Positions 35,331 to 45,604 of a DNA stretch of 64,000 nt are shown one piece after another. This DNA is from a virus (taxonomy: Duplodnaviria; Caudoviricetes). Numbering within the stretch: the first letter of the stretch is position 1; each line of letters opens with the position of its first letter. The position numbers and the translations under genes are program-made. The notes beneath the pieces were generated by a model, which searched no databases, was not told the origin of the DNA, and worked only from the letters and a program-made list of their open reading frames with translations. The stretch lies in the IMG/VR virus record IMGVR_UViG_3300005611_000001. One strand, written 5' to 3'.

Positions 35331-37667
35331 ATGGTAGACACAAGATTAATTAATAAACAATCTTCTGTACCTGGTAAAAGACCCGGCATTTCCGATCTGC
35401 AACTTGGTGAAATTGCTATCAATACGCATGATGGCAAAATGTTCATCAAGCAAGACAGAAACGGAAATATCGAAGTTGTTCAGGTCGGTGACGATCCCAC
35501 TGAAAACGTATACTATGTGTCAAAGGGCGGTAAAAAAGGTAATGCGGGAACATCACTTTCAGATGCTTTTGCTACGCTAGATTCTGCAGTAACAACGCTT
35601 CAGACTCTGGAAGCTTTTACTTTTAATGAAGGCACTTGCACTAGAGACCTAGGGCTTATCTTAGATGGTCTTCAATACGACATTGCTTTCGGTACAAACT
35701 ATAATGCAGTGACTTCTGGTCTTGCATATCAGCGCGCGGGCTCTGTAAAAGTAATCGATGAGCAACTGGTAGCTACAAGAAGCGCGTTCAATGAAGTGAA
35801 GGGTGCCATAGCGTCTGACCCTATTGTAAAACTCAGCACAGGCTATGACGGTGCGCTAGAAAGAAGTAATCGGCATTGGTCGGAAGTTGTTGACATTCTT
35901 GTTAATGGCGTACAAAGCACAGAGACTGCAGCAGACGATCTCGTTTTTCCTGCGCCTGCAGTTCTTCCTACTCCAGACGCTGATGATGCTGCAGTTATTC
36001 TACAAAACAACCGTGAATGGTTTAAGACAGAAGTTGTAGAATATATTTCTACAAACGTTCCTGGTCTAGTTTACGACAGTGTAAGATGTCGCCGTGACGT
36101 TGGTTTTATTATCGACGGTCTTACGTTCGATATTCTTTATGGCGGTACGTTTGCAATTGATATAAACACTCGCGCATATTTCTCGTTCGGTTCGAATCAG
36201 CTAGGTGATAGCGCAAACGATCCTGAAGTTGTTGCGACAACACAAACTTATACACACCTTTCTAACATCATAGAAGAAGTTGTTCAGGGCAGTTTGACAT
36301 CGAATCTATCGTCCGGTGCAGACGAAACCGGTAACGGCGGGCAGTATGCTACAGCCACAGAATCTGTTATTCTTGCTAACAACTTCAGTATTCTAATTGA
36401 TGCTGTTACGGCAGGAAATCTTGACAGTGTTCCTGCAGTTGTTTTGCCAAATCTAACTTCTAGAGGTGTTGGATCTGATCTTGTAGCAGCTATCAATTCT
36501 ATAAACGATCAAAGAGATTTGTTTATTCTGCAAGGGGTGAAAAGAGCAACTGCAACTGGCGACGCAACAATTTTCTTGAAGAGCGGCGATTATGTAGTTA
36601 ACAATCCTCTGACACTGCCTGCCAAAACTTCTGTGATTGGTGACAACTTAAGAACAACTACTATTCGCCCGCAAAACGTCGATTCAGATATTTTCTACGT
36701 TAATACAGGTTGCTATATTAGAGACATTACTTTTAGGGATCATCAGAATGGTGCTGCGTGTGTTGCGTTCGATCCCAATGTAGATAGCCCTGGTGCAGGT
36801 CCTTTTATTATTCAGTCACCCTATATTCAAAACTGCACATCTATTACCACAAATGGTACTGGTCTGAAAGTAGATGGATCTAAAGCGACAGGGCTTAGAT
36901 CGATGGTTGCTGATGCATTTACTCAATACAATGCAGCAGGAATTGGGGTTCATATTCTCAATCGGGGTTATGCTCAGCTAGTTTCTATCTTCACAATTTC
37001 TACACAAACTGGAATTCTAGCTGAAGATGGTGGGCAATGCTCACTGACTAACTCTAACTCTAGCTTTGGTGATCGTGGGCTTGTTGCAACAGGTAGTAGT
37101 AAAGTTCTTTATTCTGGTACTTTGGATTCTGATTATTTCATATTTGACGATGTTATGATCGTTAATGAAATTACAAATCTGGATTCTACAGATTACTTAA
37201 ATCCATTTGGTCAGTATAAGCGCCCGAACTATGGTGACGCAATACTTTTCGATTCAGAAAATTATTACTACACAGTTCTTGATGTTGATTCGGTTGCTCC
37301 TGGGAAATATACAATTACATTTGAGCCACCTTTGAATCAGGACAAGTTAAGAAATCAAACGATTTCTTTTAAACAAAGATCAAATATCGTTACAAGTTCT
37401 CACACTTTCGAATTTGTGGGTGCTGGTACGAACACGTTTACAGCAATTCCTCAAAATGGTGGTATACCAGATCAAACAAAAGAAGTTGTTTTTGATTCAG
37501 CAAATAACGAAGGGCTTGTGGTATTCACAAGTACCGACCAACTTGGTGATTTTAGAATTGGTAGTGAATTGACAATTCGTAGACAGCTCGGTCGAATCGA
37601 AGGTGAAACTTTCGAAAGATCGCTGTATCAAATCTTAACTCCGTATATCCTAGCACTTGAGGGTTGA
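35331..37667 (+). CDS. Tail fibre/spike with pectin-lyase-like beta-helix
   Basis: N-terminal LQLGEIAINTHDGKMF, then YYVSKGG and IFLKSGDYVVNNPL...VIGDNLRTTTIRP...SPYIQNCTS...SMVADAFTQ. Two C(T/R)RD(L/V)G repeats. Confidence 0.75.
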   Translation: MVDTRLINKQSSVPGKRPGISDLQLGEIAINTHDGKMFIKQDRNGNIEVVQVGDDPTENVYYVSKGGKKGNAGTSLSDAFATLDSAVTTLQTLEAFTFNEGTCTRDLGLILDGLQYDIAFGTNYNAVTSGLAYQRAGSVKVIDEQLVATRSAFNEVKGAIASDPIVKLSTGYDGALERSNRHWSEVVDILVNGVQSTETAADDLVFPAPAVLPTPDADDAAVILQNNREWFKTEVVEYISTNVPGLVYDSVRCRRDVGFIIDGLTFDILYGGTFAIDINTRAYFSFGSNQLGDSANDPEVVATTQTYTHLSNIIEEVVQGSLTSNLSSGADETGNGGQYATATESVILANNFSILIDAVTAGNLDSVPAVVLPNLTSRGVGSDLVAAINSINDQRDLFILQGVKRATATGDATIFLKSGDYVVNNPLTLPAKTSVIGDNLRTTTIRPQNVDSDIFYVNTGCYIRDITFRDHQNGAACVAFDPNVDSPGAGPFIIQSPYIQNCTSITTNGTGLKVDGSKATGLRSMVADAFTQYNAAGIGVHILNRGYAQLVSIFTISTQTGILAEDGGQCSLTNSNSSFGDRGLVATGSSKVLYSGTLDSDYFIFDDVMIVNEITNLDSTDYLNPFGQYKRPNYGDAILFDSENYYYTVLDVDSVAPGKYTITFEPPLNQDKLRNQTISFKQRSNIVTSSHTFEFVGAGTNTFTAIPQNGGIPDQTKEVVFDSANNEGLVVFTSTDQLGDFRIGSELTIRRQLGRIEGETFERSLYQILTPYILALEG

Positions 37668-37670
37668 TAA

Positions 37671-38039
37671 ATGGCTATTCCATTAAACGTATTTAAAACG
37701 ACAACTGCGGTTATTGCAGAAGAACCCTCTGGTGGGTTCATCGGCGATAGTGATCTTGTATACACTGTGCCTTCTGGAATTACCACAATTGTTCTGATGG
37801 CTCAGGTTGCTAACACTGATAGCGCTGAGCATACAGTTACATTCCAACATTATAATAACGTAAGCCTTGTTGCGACAGAGCTTGTGAAAGATTTTCCTAT
37901 ACCTCCAAAAGATGCAACTGGCTTGATTACAGGAAAATTAATTGTCGAACAAGGCAACAGAGTTCGCGCTTCTGTATCTGCAGGATCTGGCAGCACGATG
38001 AAACTCACATTAAGTTATCTGGAATCTCTAAATGGCTAG
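37671..38039 (+). CDS. Small conserved virion-associated protein
   Basis: LNVFKT...VYTVPSGITTIVLMAQVAN...GKLIVEQG...LTLSYLESLNG. Coupled to the next fibre gene. Confidence 0.6.
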   Translation: MAIPLNVFKTTTAVIAEEPSGGFIGDSDLVYTVPSGITTIVLMAQVANTDSAEHTVTFQHYNNVSLVATELVKDFPIPPKDATGLITGKLIVEQGNRVRASVSAGSGSTMKLTLSYLESLNG

Positions 38040-39240
38040 ATTGATAAGGACCCTTAGTGGTCGAGTAAAAAGAACTGATCCAACTCAGTTAGACTCTGGC
38101 AGATTTGAGTATCTAACTCTTGATCAGGCTGAACCGGGCTTAGGTGTTCCTGAGTCAGACGGGGCCGTTCTTATTTCTAATACGGATGGAACACGTTCTT
38201 TTACTAACGAACTTATCATCAAGGGTCTTGCATTTCAATCTGGTCAGCTAGATTCTGCTGATTCTTCAAGTCTTTATGCGTTGTTTGTTAAGGGCAATCC
38301 TTTTGATGCTTCGGTTGATAGCATTGGGTTTCGTCGGATTAGCGACACTATTTTTGAAGCTGACACTCTTGACACAGTAACAAGTCGCGGCGCACAGACA
38401 GGAAATAATATTCAAGTCGGTGGGCTTATTGCTGACAGTGTGTCGATTCTAGGTAATCTTACCGTTCAAGGTACGACTACCACAATCAATTCGACAGTTC
38501 TGACAATCAATGACAAGAATATTGTTATTGCGGATGGTGCAGGAAGCGCAGCAGCAGCAGACAGCGCTGGTATTACCGTTGCGGGCGCAAACGCAAACAT
38601 CTACTATAAAGCAGGTACGAATAGCTGGAATATTGATCGGGCGTTAAATGTAGATTCGAATGTTGTTGTTGGTGGTAAACTTTTTATTAATGTTACTGAA
38701 ACACAGCAAACTTCGCTGGCTCTTTACATCGACGAAGTTACAGGTGAAGTGTACGCAGGAGCTCCTACGGGTGACAGTGCTGGTGAAGCGACATTTGCAA
38801 GACAAATTCAAATTACAAAAACTGATGACAGCGGAACATTCTATCCGCTGTTTGCTGGTGTCAATGCCGGCATTGATAGTGTAAATGCTGATTCGAATTT
38901 CTCTTATGATCCTTCTATTAATCAGCTAACACTTGGTAGACTTGTTCTAAATCAACTTGCAAACTATCCTACAGCAAGTAACTTCCTTGTCATTGACTCA
39001 AGCAACAATGTTGGATTTAGAGACGCAGGAAGCCTTCCGTTCTTAGACTCTGAACAAGACACTCTTGATACAGTAACGACAAGAGGGGACTCTACAAACA
39101 ATGCTATTACAGTGGGTAAAGTTACCACTGTTGACAGCGTGAGTGTAGGCAGCACACTTCAATTTGCAGATCAATTCTTAGATGGTTCGGGTAGAAGATT
39201 GGTAATTTACGATTCTACAGGTTCGGTTCTTTGGGGTTAA
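38032..39240 (+). CDS. Tail fibre-like protein
   Basis: GNLTVQGTTTTINSTVLTINDKNIVIADGA...AGITV fibre motif. Internal duplicated DTLDTVT(S/T)RG. Confidence 0.7.
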   Translation: MARLIRTLSGRVKRTDPTQLDSGRFEYLTLDQAEPGLGVPESDGAVLISNTDGTRSFTNELIIKGLAFQSGQLDSADSSSLYALFVKGNPFDASVDSIGFRRISDTIFEADTLDTVTSRGAQTGNNIQVGGLIADSVSILGNLTVQGTTTTINSTVLTINDKNIVIADGAGSAAAADSAGITVAGANANIYYKAGTNSWNIDRALNVDSNVVVGGKLFINVTETQQTSLALYIDEVTGEVYAGAPTGDSAGEATFARQIQITKTDDSGTFYPLFAGVNAGIDSVNADSNFSYDPSINQLTLGRLVLNQLANYPTASNFLVIDSSNNVGFRDAGSLPFLDSEQDTLDTVTTRGDSTNNAITVGKVTTVDSVSVGSTLQFADQFLDGSGRRLVIYDSTGSVLWG

Positions 39241-39245
39241 AATAA

Positions 39246-40001
39246 ATGGCATCACCAGCATCAAGACAAGAACTGATTGATTTTTGCTTGCGCAGACTCG
39301 GAGAGCCTGTCATTGAAATTAATGTCGATACTGATCAGGTAGAAGATAAAGTAGATGATGCAATTCAAAAATATCAAGAGTTTCACAGCGATGCGACCAT
39401 TCGCACCTATCTGAAATATCAAGTGACTGCGGACGATGTTACGAACGGGTATGTTCCTATTTCGTCGAACATTATTTTTATTTCGAAAGTGTTTCCGTTC
39501 TCTTCTACATTTGGTTCCTCTGGTAATCTGTTTGACATTCGTTATCAGATGTTTTTGAATAACATGGGCGACTTCATTAACTTCGCCGGCGATCTTGCGT
39601 ATCTGTATCAGATGGAGCAATATCTGAGCATGATCGATCTTCAGCTTCACGGGCATCCTACTGTGAAGTTTTCACGCCGTCAGAATCGTCTGTATATTTG
39701 GGGCGACTTTGAAGACAAAGACCTGCAAGCTGGTGACTATCTGGTTGCAGAAGTTTTTCAAACAATCGATCCTGAGACGCACACAAGCATCTACAATGAC
39801 ATGTTTATCAAAGACTACACCACCGCTTTAATCAAGCAGCAATGGGGTGCGAATCTTAGCAAGTTTGAAGGAATGCAATTACCTGGTGGTGTAACGATGA
39901 ATGGTCGTCAAATTTTTGAAGATGCGACCGCTGATATTGAACGTCTAGAAGAGAAGCTGAGAACAGAGCAAGAGCTACCTGTCGACTTCTTCGTGGGTTA
40001 A
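39246..40001 (+). CDS. gp13: Neck protein gp13
   Basis: SRQELIDFCLRRLGEPVIEINV...KQQWGANLSKFEGMQLPGGVTMNG. Confidence 0.95.
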   Translation: MASPASRQELIDFCLRRLGEPVIEINVDTDQVEDKVDDAIQKYQEFHSDATIRTYLKYQVTADDVTNGYVPISSNIIFISKVFPFSSTFGSSGNLFDIRYQMFLNNMGDFINFAGDLAYLYQMEQYLSMIDLQLHGHPTVKFSRRQNRLYIWGDFEDKDLQAGDYLVAEVFQTIDPETHTSIYNDMFIKDYTTALIKQQWGANLSKFEGMQLPGGVTMNGRQIFEDATADIERLEEKLRTEQELPVDFFVG

Positions 40002-40002
40002 C

Positions 40003-40893
40003 ATGGCTATAAATCGATATTTCAGTCAAGGAACAGCATCAGAACAGCGACTCTACGAAGATATTATAATTGAGTCACTGAAAATCTATGGGCAAGATGT
40101 TTACTATTTACCTCGTGAAATAGTTAATCGCGATACTATTTTTAGCGATGACTCTACTTCTAGATTCAAAGATGCGTATCGTATTGAAATGTACATTGAA
40201 AACGTCGAAGGTTTTGACGGTGAAGGCGATCTGTTTACCAAGTTTGGTGTAGAAATTCGTGATGCTGCTACATTTATTGTAGCGCGTCGTCGATGGAATT
40301 CTAAAGTTGCTTTTTATGAAAACACTGACACTCAGTCATTTTATCGCCCGCGCGAAGGTGACTTGATCTATCTTACTTTGTCAAGGTCTTTCTTTGAGAT
40401 TACAAAAGTCGAAACAGAAAATCCGTTTTATCAATTGAAAGACTTGCCTGTGTTTCGCATTCGCGCAGAGTTGTTTGAGTACAATGATGAAGATTTTGAT
40501 ACGAGTCTCAATCTTGATACCATCGAATCTAATCATGCTTATCAAACAATTCTCACATTTGATTTAGCACAAATGACAGGCAAATTTGAGATTGGTGATA
40601 CAATTACTCAGACAAATCCAAACGGATTTACAATTACAGGTGATGTTGTTAAGACTGACGCAACCGTTTCAAGCGCGTATAAAGTTTATGTTGCTCACGC
40701 TGGAGCGAGCGATGGCGAGTTTCATAACTTTTCGACATTGTACAGAATTGAAAATGAAAATGGAATTGGTGGTAAGCCGTCAGCAGTAGGCGAAGAAGAT
40801 TTGCAAGACAGTCAACAGAATGCAGACTTCGATACTGAAGCAACAAATATCATTGATTTCAGTGAGCAGAATCCCTTTGGAGATCCAGTCTAA
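40003..40893 (+). CDS. gp14: Neck protein gp14
   Basis: EQRLYEDIIIESLKIYGQDVYYLPRE...GFDGEGDLFTKFG...RPREGDLIY...DFSEQNPFG. Confidence 0.95.
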   Translation: MAINRYFSQGTASEQRLYEDIIIESLKIYGQDVYYLPREIVNRDTIFSDDSTSRFKDAYRIEMYIENVEGFDGEGDLFTKFGVEIRDAATFIVARRRWNSKVAFYENTDTQSFYRPREGDLIYLTLSRSFFEITKVETENPFYQLKDLPVFRIRAELFEYNDEDFDTSLNLDTIESNHAYQTILTFDLAQMTGKFEIGDTITQTNPNGFTITGDVVKTDATVSSAYKVYVAHAGASDGEFHNFSTLYRIENENGIGGKPSAVGEEDLQDSQQNADFDTEATNIIDFSEQNPFGDPV

Positions 40894-42275
40894 TGTTTGG
40901 CACTTATTTTTATCACCAAAGGATTCGCAAAGCAGTAGCGGTGTTTGGCTCTCTGTTTAATAACATTAATGTTGTTCGAACAAACAGCGCTGGTGCTGTA
41001 ATGAGTCAAGTTAAAGTACCTTTGTCTTACGCACCAAAAAGAGATTTTCTAGCTAGAATCGATGCAACACAAGATGGTGAAGAAGCAGAGCGTCAGGTAG
41101 CAATTAAATTGCCAAGAATGTCTTTTGAAATTACGAATATGCAATATGATCCTGCAAGACAATTGCCTAAGATGAATAAGTGTGTGACTTTTCCCACGAA
41201 CTTCGAAGGTGGTGCGCGAGAGCTTTACACACCCGTTCCTTATCTAATTGGCTTTCAGTTGAATGTTTATGCAAAATCACAAGATGATGCATTACAAATT
41301 GTCGAACAGATTTTACCATATTTTACACCACAGTATACGGTGACTGTCAAGCCTTTATCTGATTTTGATACAAAAGAAGATACGCCAATTTCTTTGGTAG
41401 GTATTACTTTTAGTGATGACTATGAAGGGTTGATTGAGGCAAGAAGATCGATCATCTACACACTTGACTTTGAAATGAAACTCAGTCTCTATAAAAACAT
41501 TGCTGCAACAAGTGCGGTTATTACTTCTGCCGATGTTAATATCTACGACTATGACGACACAGATAATTTATACTCTACAGTCGAAGTTCGAACATTTTCG
41601 AAAGCGGGTCTTTCAGGTTCTCTTCTGTTCGAAGACGGTGGCACAATTACCAATTCCAATTTCAAAATAGATAATGTACCAGCAGAAGTTTCTTCGCTTG
41701 AAATATTGACAGCACCGTCAAACGGTACAGCAACAGCAACTTTGACTACGAACACTACAACAGCGCTTGGTAAAATTACGTCAACAGGCACTTGGACGTA
41801 TACGCCAAACGCAGACTGGTATGGATCAGATTCGTTTGTGATCAAAGCTAATTTTGTTGGTGGTGGATCGATCAATTCTACGATTACTGTCTCTGTACAG
41901 AATCCTGAAAAAGATGCGATCAATGATGCATTTACGTTTGATCTTGCTTTCGACAATTATATTGATTTCAACGTAGCATCAAACGATGATTTTGAAACAA
42001 CAGGCGGTGTTACATATTCTATTTCTGCTGGCGGTTACCCATCGAATGGTTCGGTGCAAGTTTTAAATGCGAATACAGGTGCGTTTAGATACACTCCAAA
42101 CGCAGGATTTACAGGAACAGATACTTTTCTTTACAGGGCAACACCAGCAACGGGTCAATCAGAAACGGGAATTGTTACGATAACAGTTAATGATACCGCA
42201 AGTACTATGATTGCAGAATCTGGTGCATTAATTGCAATAGAACAAGACATTGACACTATTATCGCTTACGAATAG
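40893..42275 (+). CDS. gp15: Tail sheath stabilizer/terminator gp15 with two C-terminal Ig-like (Big_9-type) domains
   Basis: MFGTYFYHQRIRKAVAVFGSLFNNI...KVPLSYAPK...LPRMSFE...EQILPYF. Then PSNGT...YTPNADWYGSDSF and PSNGSV...YTPNAGFTGTDTF. Confidence 0.92.
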   Translation: MFGTYFYHQRIRKAVAVFGSLFNNINVVRTNSAGAVMSQVKVPLSYAPKRDFLARIDATQDGEEAERQVAIKLPRMSFEITNMQYDPARQLPKMNKCVTFPTNFEGGARELYTPVPYLIGFQLNVYAKSQDDALQIVEQILPYFTPQYTVTVKPLSDFDTKEDTPISLVGITFSDDYEGLIEARRSIIYTLDFEMKLSLYKNIAATSAVITSADVNIYDYDDTDNLYSTVEVRTFSKAGLSGSLLFEDGGTITNSNFKIDNVPAEVSSLEILTAPSNGTATATLTTNTTTALGKITSTGTWTYTPNADWYGSDSFVIKANFVGGGSINSTITVSVQNPEKDAINDAFTFDLAFDNYIDFNVASNDDFETTGGVTYSISAGGYPSNGSVQVLNANTGAFRYTPNAGFTGTDTFLYRATPATGQSETGIVTITVNDTASTMIAESGALIAIEQDIDTIIAYE

Positions 42276-42283
42276 GAACGATC

Positions 42284-42598
42284 ATGCCAACTATAAAAAT
42301 TTCTCAGTTAGACGAGTTTTCTGGAACACCAGATAGTTCTGATTTGCTTCCACTTGTAGATTTAAGTGAAACGCAAACTAAAAGAATCTCAATACGAGAT
42401 TTAGCCTCTTATATGGACAGCGCAGAAAACGCGACTAATGCAATTGTGGCTTTAAGAGCAGACACAACTGAAAATGCAATTTATGTTTCAGGAGACTCGT
42501 CTGGCATCTGGAGTGGTGATCCACCAGAAACTGTAAATGATGCAATTGATAGACTGGCTGCACTTATTCAATCTTTGAATGGTGGTACTGGCGCATAA
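42284..42598 (+). CDS. Short fibre-family protein (KISQL N-terminal motif)
   Basis: MPTIKISQL...DLLPLVDLSETQTKRISI. Short Ala-X-Y stretch. Confidence 0.6.
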   Translation: MPTIKISQLDEFSGTPDSSDLLPLVDLSETQTKRISIRDLASYMDSAENATNAIVALRADTTENAIYVSGDSSGIWSGDPPETVNDAIDRLAALIQSLNGGTGA

Positions 42599-42602
42599 TC
42601 AG

Positions 42603-42610
42603 TATAAATA
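42603..42610 (+). promoter_or_regulatory. T4-type late promoter
   Basis: Exact TATAAATA 26 nt upstream of the ATG at 42636. Confidence 0.8.
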
Positions 42611-42635
42611 AAGAAAACTCTTTTGAGGAATTACG

Positions 42636-43340
42636 ATGGCTATAGCAGGCGTACCAATATCGACTCTTAGGGAACTTGTCATACCCGCGAGCGATGATTA
42701 TCTAGTCATTAATGACCAAAGCACTTTTACAACAAAAAGAATTACATTCGCTAATCTTTTTGCTGATTATGCTAGCAATCTTAGAGATTCTGCTACGGGT
42801 GCGTTCGTCGATAATTTTACAACTAACAGTCTTAACGTAAAAGGAAATGCGTCAGTTACGGGTGATGCTACGATCTTAGGCACAATCAATTTCGAAAATC
42901 TCTATGATGTTGTTGAAGGTATTACGATAAGTAAGTTTGTTGATGAAGCTGATGGTATTGCAAGTAATGATAATGATACTTCGATCCCAACATCAGCAGC
43001 AATAAAAGCATATGTTGACGGAGCTGTTTCTGACTATCGTGCAAAAGAAAACATCAAGCCATTTGGTGAGGCGTTAAAAAAACTAAATGGTATTAAAGCG
43101 TATGAGTACAACCTGATTGCAGAACCTGGCGTCACCGAAGTTGGTTTCATTGCACACGAACTACAAGAAAGATTGCCTACTTTAGTCAATGGCGAAAAAG
43201 ATGCAGTTTACGAAGGTGGTAAGCCGAAATATCAAACAGTGAATTACGCTAAAATGGTTCCCATTTTGTTCACCGCAATTCGTGAACTAGAAAAGCAAGT
43301 AAGAGACTTAAGAGATCAACTTGCAGAGATTAAAGGATAA
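42636..43340 (+). CDS. Fibre protein with C-terminal intramolecular chaperone (peptidase S74) domain
   Basis: SDYRAKENI...GFIAHELQERLPTLV.GEKD...QTVNYAKMVPILFTAIRELEKQV is the S74 autocleaving chaperone pattern. Confidence 0.85.
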   Translation: MAIAGVPISTLRELVIPASDDYLVINDQSTFTTKRITFANLFADYASNLRDSATGAFVDNFTTNSLNVKGNASVTGDATILGTINFENLYDVVEGITISKFVDEADGIASNDNDTSIPTSAAIKAYVDGAVSDYRAKENIKPFGEALKKLNGIKAYEYNLIAEPGVTEVGFIAHELQERLPTLVNGEKDAVYEGGKPKYQTVNYAKMVPILFTAIRELEKQVRDLRDQLAEIKG

Positions 43341-43343
43341 ATC

Positions 43344-44798
43344 ATGGCTGGAGTAAAAATAACAGACTTAGATCAGCTGATTGGTCAACCTGCGGATGAT
43401 GATGTTCTTATTGTCGTAGACACAAGTGATAATGTCACAAAACAGATTACTGTTGCTGATCTTATTACTGCAACCGAAGATGCTACGACAGCACAGGTCG
43501 CTGATCAATTTAAAGTTGCCACAGAAAGTACGAATGCTTCTTTTTATGTTACCTTCGTAGCTTCTACTTCTGGGCAAGATTCAGCTAAAGTCGATACAGC
43601 TTTAAGTTATAATCCTGCTACGAATATTCTGACTGCTGGTCAGTTCACTGGAAGTGGTGCTGGGCTTACAAACGTAAATGCTGACAGCGCTCTGAATGCG
43701 GCTAATGCTGTCTTAGCGACCACTGCAATTACTGCTTTAAATGCTCTAGCAGCTGACAGTGCGACCACAGCAACTTCTTCTATTACTGCTTTGCGCGCCA
43801 CTTCTGCAGATAGTGCTACTAATGCCACGAACGCAATTGTTGCCCTTCGCGCGACAACTGCTGACAGTGCAGCAAATGCAACAAATGCATTGTTTGCAAC
43901 TACTGCCACTTCTGCTCTGACTGCTGACAGTGCCACTAACGCCACAAATGCCAATAATGCAATTAGAGCATTGACTGCTGCTGGTGCTGATAGTGCTGCG
44001 TTTGCTACTTCTGCTTTGACTGCTCAGACTGCGCAAATTTCTATTTTTTCTGACAGTGCAGGAAATGCAACCAATGCGCTTCATGCTTTAAATGCTGATG
44101 CTGCTTTGATTGCAGATAGTGCATTTAATGCTGCAAATGCTTTGCTCGCAACTCTTGCTATAGAATCTTTGGGCGATTTGGACAACATTAGAGATTCTGC
44201 TAATGGTGTAACAGCGACTGGTGATCTAACCGTTGATAGCGATCTTATCGTTCGCGGTGTTTTGTTCGGTGATGGTTCAGGTCTAACAGGTGTAACAAGT
44301 ACTTCTGTCGCAACTGCTGCAGAAAAAGTCGATGCGAAAGCTGCGGATTCGACCGGTACACACTATCTTATGTTGCGTACAACGCAAACTGGTTATGATA
44401 GTGTTTCAACTAAAGCTAATTTAACTTATGATCCTGTTACTGGTATTTTAGCGTCTGGTGGATTTTCTGGAGACGGGTCGAACATCAGCAACGTTGCTGC
44501 CGTTAGCGCAACAAATGCGTCAAACGTTGTAATTACAACAGTAGCAGACAGTTCGACATATTTCCCTTTGCTTTCAAGCACATCTTCTGGTAATGATAAT
44601 GTTCATGTTAGTGTGAATATGCAAGTCAATCCGTTTAGGGGAAGATTAAAGCTTAATATTTTTGCCACAGATAATTGGGAAATGTTTGAAAGCGCAAACG
44701 AACTATTCTTCTCATATAACGGAGTTAAGAAAGTTAAATTTGATTCGTCTGGCAATGTGTTCATGACAGGAACCCTTACTCAAAGCGCTTCGTTATAA
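43344..44798 (+). CDS. Fibre protein with (Ala-X-Y)n shaft
   Basis: MAGVKITDL N-terminus, GSGAGLT and GDGSGLTGV fibre motifs, and 54 consecutive A-X-Y triplets. Confidence 0.75.
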   Translation: MAGVKITDLDQLIGQPADDDVLIVVDTSDNVTKQITVADLITATEDATTAQVADQFKVATESTNASFYVTFVASTSGQDSAKVDTALSYNPATNILTAGQFTGSGAGLTNVNADSALNAANAVLATTAITALNALAADSATTATSSITALRATSADSATNATNAIVALRATTADSAANATNALFATTATSALTADSATNATNANNAIRALTAAGADSAAFATSALTAQTAQISIFSDSAGNATNALHALNADAALIADSAFNAANALLATLAIESLGDLDNIRDSANGVTATGDLTVDSDLIVRGVLFGDGSGLTGVTSTSVATAAEKVDAKAADSTGTHYLMLRTTQTGYDSVSTKANLTYDPVTGILASGGFSGDGSNISNVAAVSATNASNVVITTVADSSTYFPLLSSTSSGNDNVHVSVNMQVNPFRGRLKLNIFATDNWEMFESANELFFSYNGVKKVKFDSSGNVFMTGTLTQSASL

Positions 44799-44801
44799 AT
44801 A
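44794..44801 (+). promoter_or_regulatory. T4-type late promoter
   Basis: Exact TATAAATA overlapping the upstream stop, 25 nt before the ATG at 44826. Confidence 0.8.
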
Positions 44802-44825
44802 TTGCTAGATTGCTGAGGAAACAAA

Positions 44826-45587
44826 ATGGCAGACATTAGAATTTCAGAGTTGTCCGAACTAATAAACATTGCGGCAGACGATGTTCTTGTCGTCAATGAT
44901 GTTTCGGCTGCGACGACGAAAAAAATCACTCGTGCAAACTTCTTAGTCGGTGTAACACAAAACGTTACGGACTCTGGCGATAATGCTGTTGTTGCTCAAG
45001 ATTTAACAGTAAACAATGATCTTTTCGTCGGTGGAAATATTGACACCACTGGTGATGTCAAGTTTGGTTCTTTAACAGATGCTGTTTCCGGTCTGACCGT
45101 AAATCGTATAATCAAAGATACCGATGGTTTGCAGAATCACGATAGCAACGGCGCTCTTCCTACTACTGGCTCTGTGATTGAATACTTAAATTATTACAAC
45201 ACTGACATTAATGTGCGCAATTCTTTTTCAGTGACTACGGCTTCACTTGCAAATAGTGATTCTGCAGAAGCGCTGATTGCTGGATACAAAGGCTACGCTC
45301 TGTACAAAATTCAAACAGACAAAGCTGCTTGGGTAAGAGTTTATACGGACTCGGCTTCAAGAACGGCTGATGAAGGAAGAGCTAAAGGAGTTACACCAGC
45401 AGACCACATAGGTCTTGTCTCTGAAGTTGTGACTTCTGGTGCGCAAACAATTAATCTTGCTCCAGCACCCGTTGGCTTTAATAATTCTTCACCTGTGAAA
45501 AGTTCGATCCCGCTTAAGATCGTGAATCTCAGCGGCTCTACGGACACTGTTCAAGTTACTCTTACGGCTATGAAGCTTGAAGGGTAA
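44826..45587 (+). CDS. Fibre-family protein (RISEL N-terminal motif)
   Basis: MADIRISEL...DDVLVVNDVSAATTKKIT. C-terminal YALYKIQTDKAAWVRVYTD...SRTAD domain. Confidence 0.65.
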   Translation: MADIRISELSELINIAADDVLVVNDVSAATTKKITRANFLVGVTQNVTDSGDNAVVAQDLTVNNDLFVGGNIDTTGDVKFGSLTDAVSGLTVNRIIKDTDGLQNHDSNGALPTTGSVIEYLNYYNTDINVRNSFSVTTASLANSDSAEALIAGYKGYALYKIQTDKAAWVRVYTDSASRTADEGRAKGVTPADHIGLVSEVVTSGAQTINLAPAPVGFNNSSPVKSSIPLKIVNLSGSTDTVQVTLTAMKLEG

Positions 45588-45604
45588 AAAACAAGAAGAT
45601 TGTA

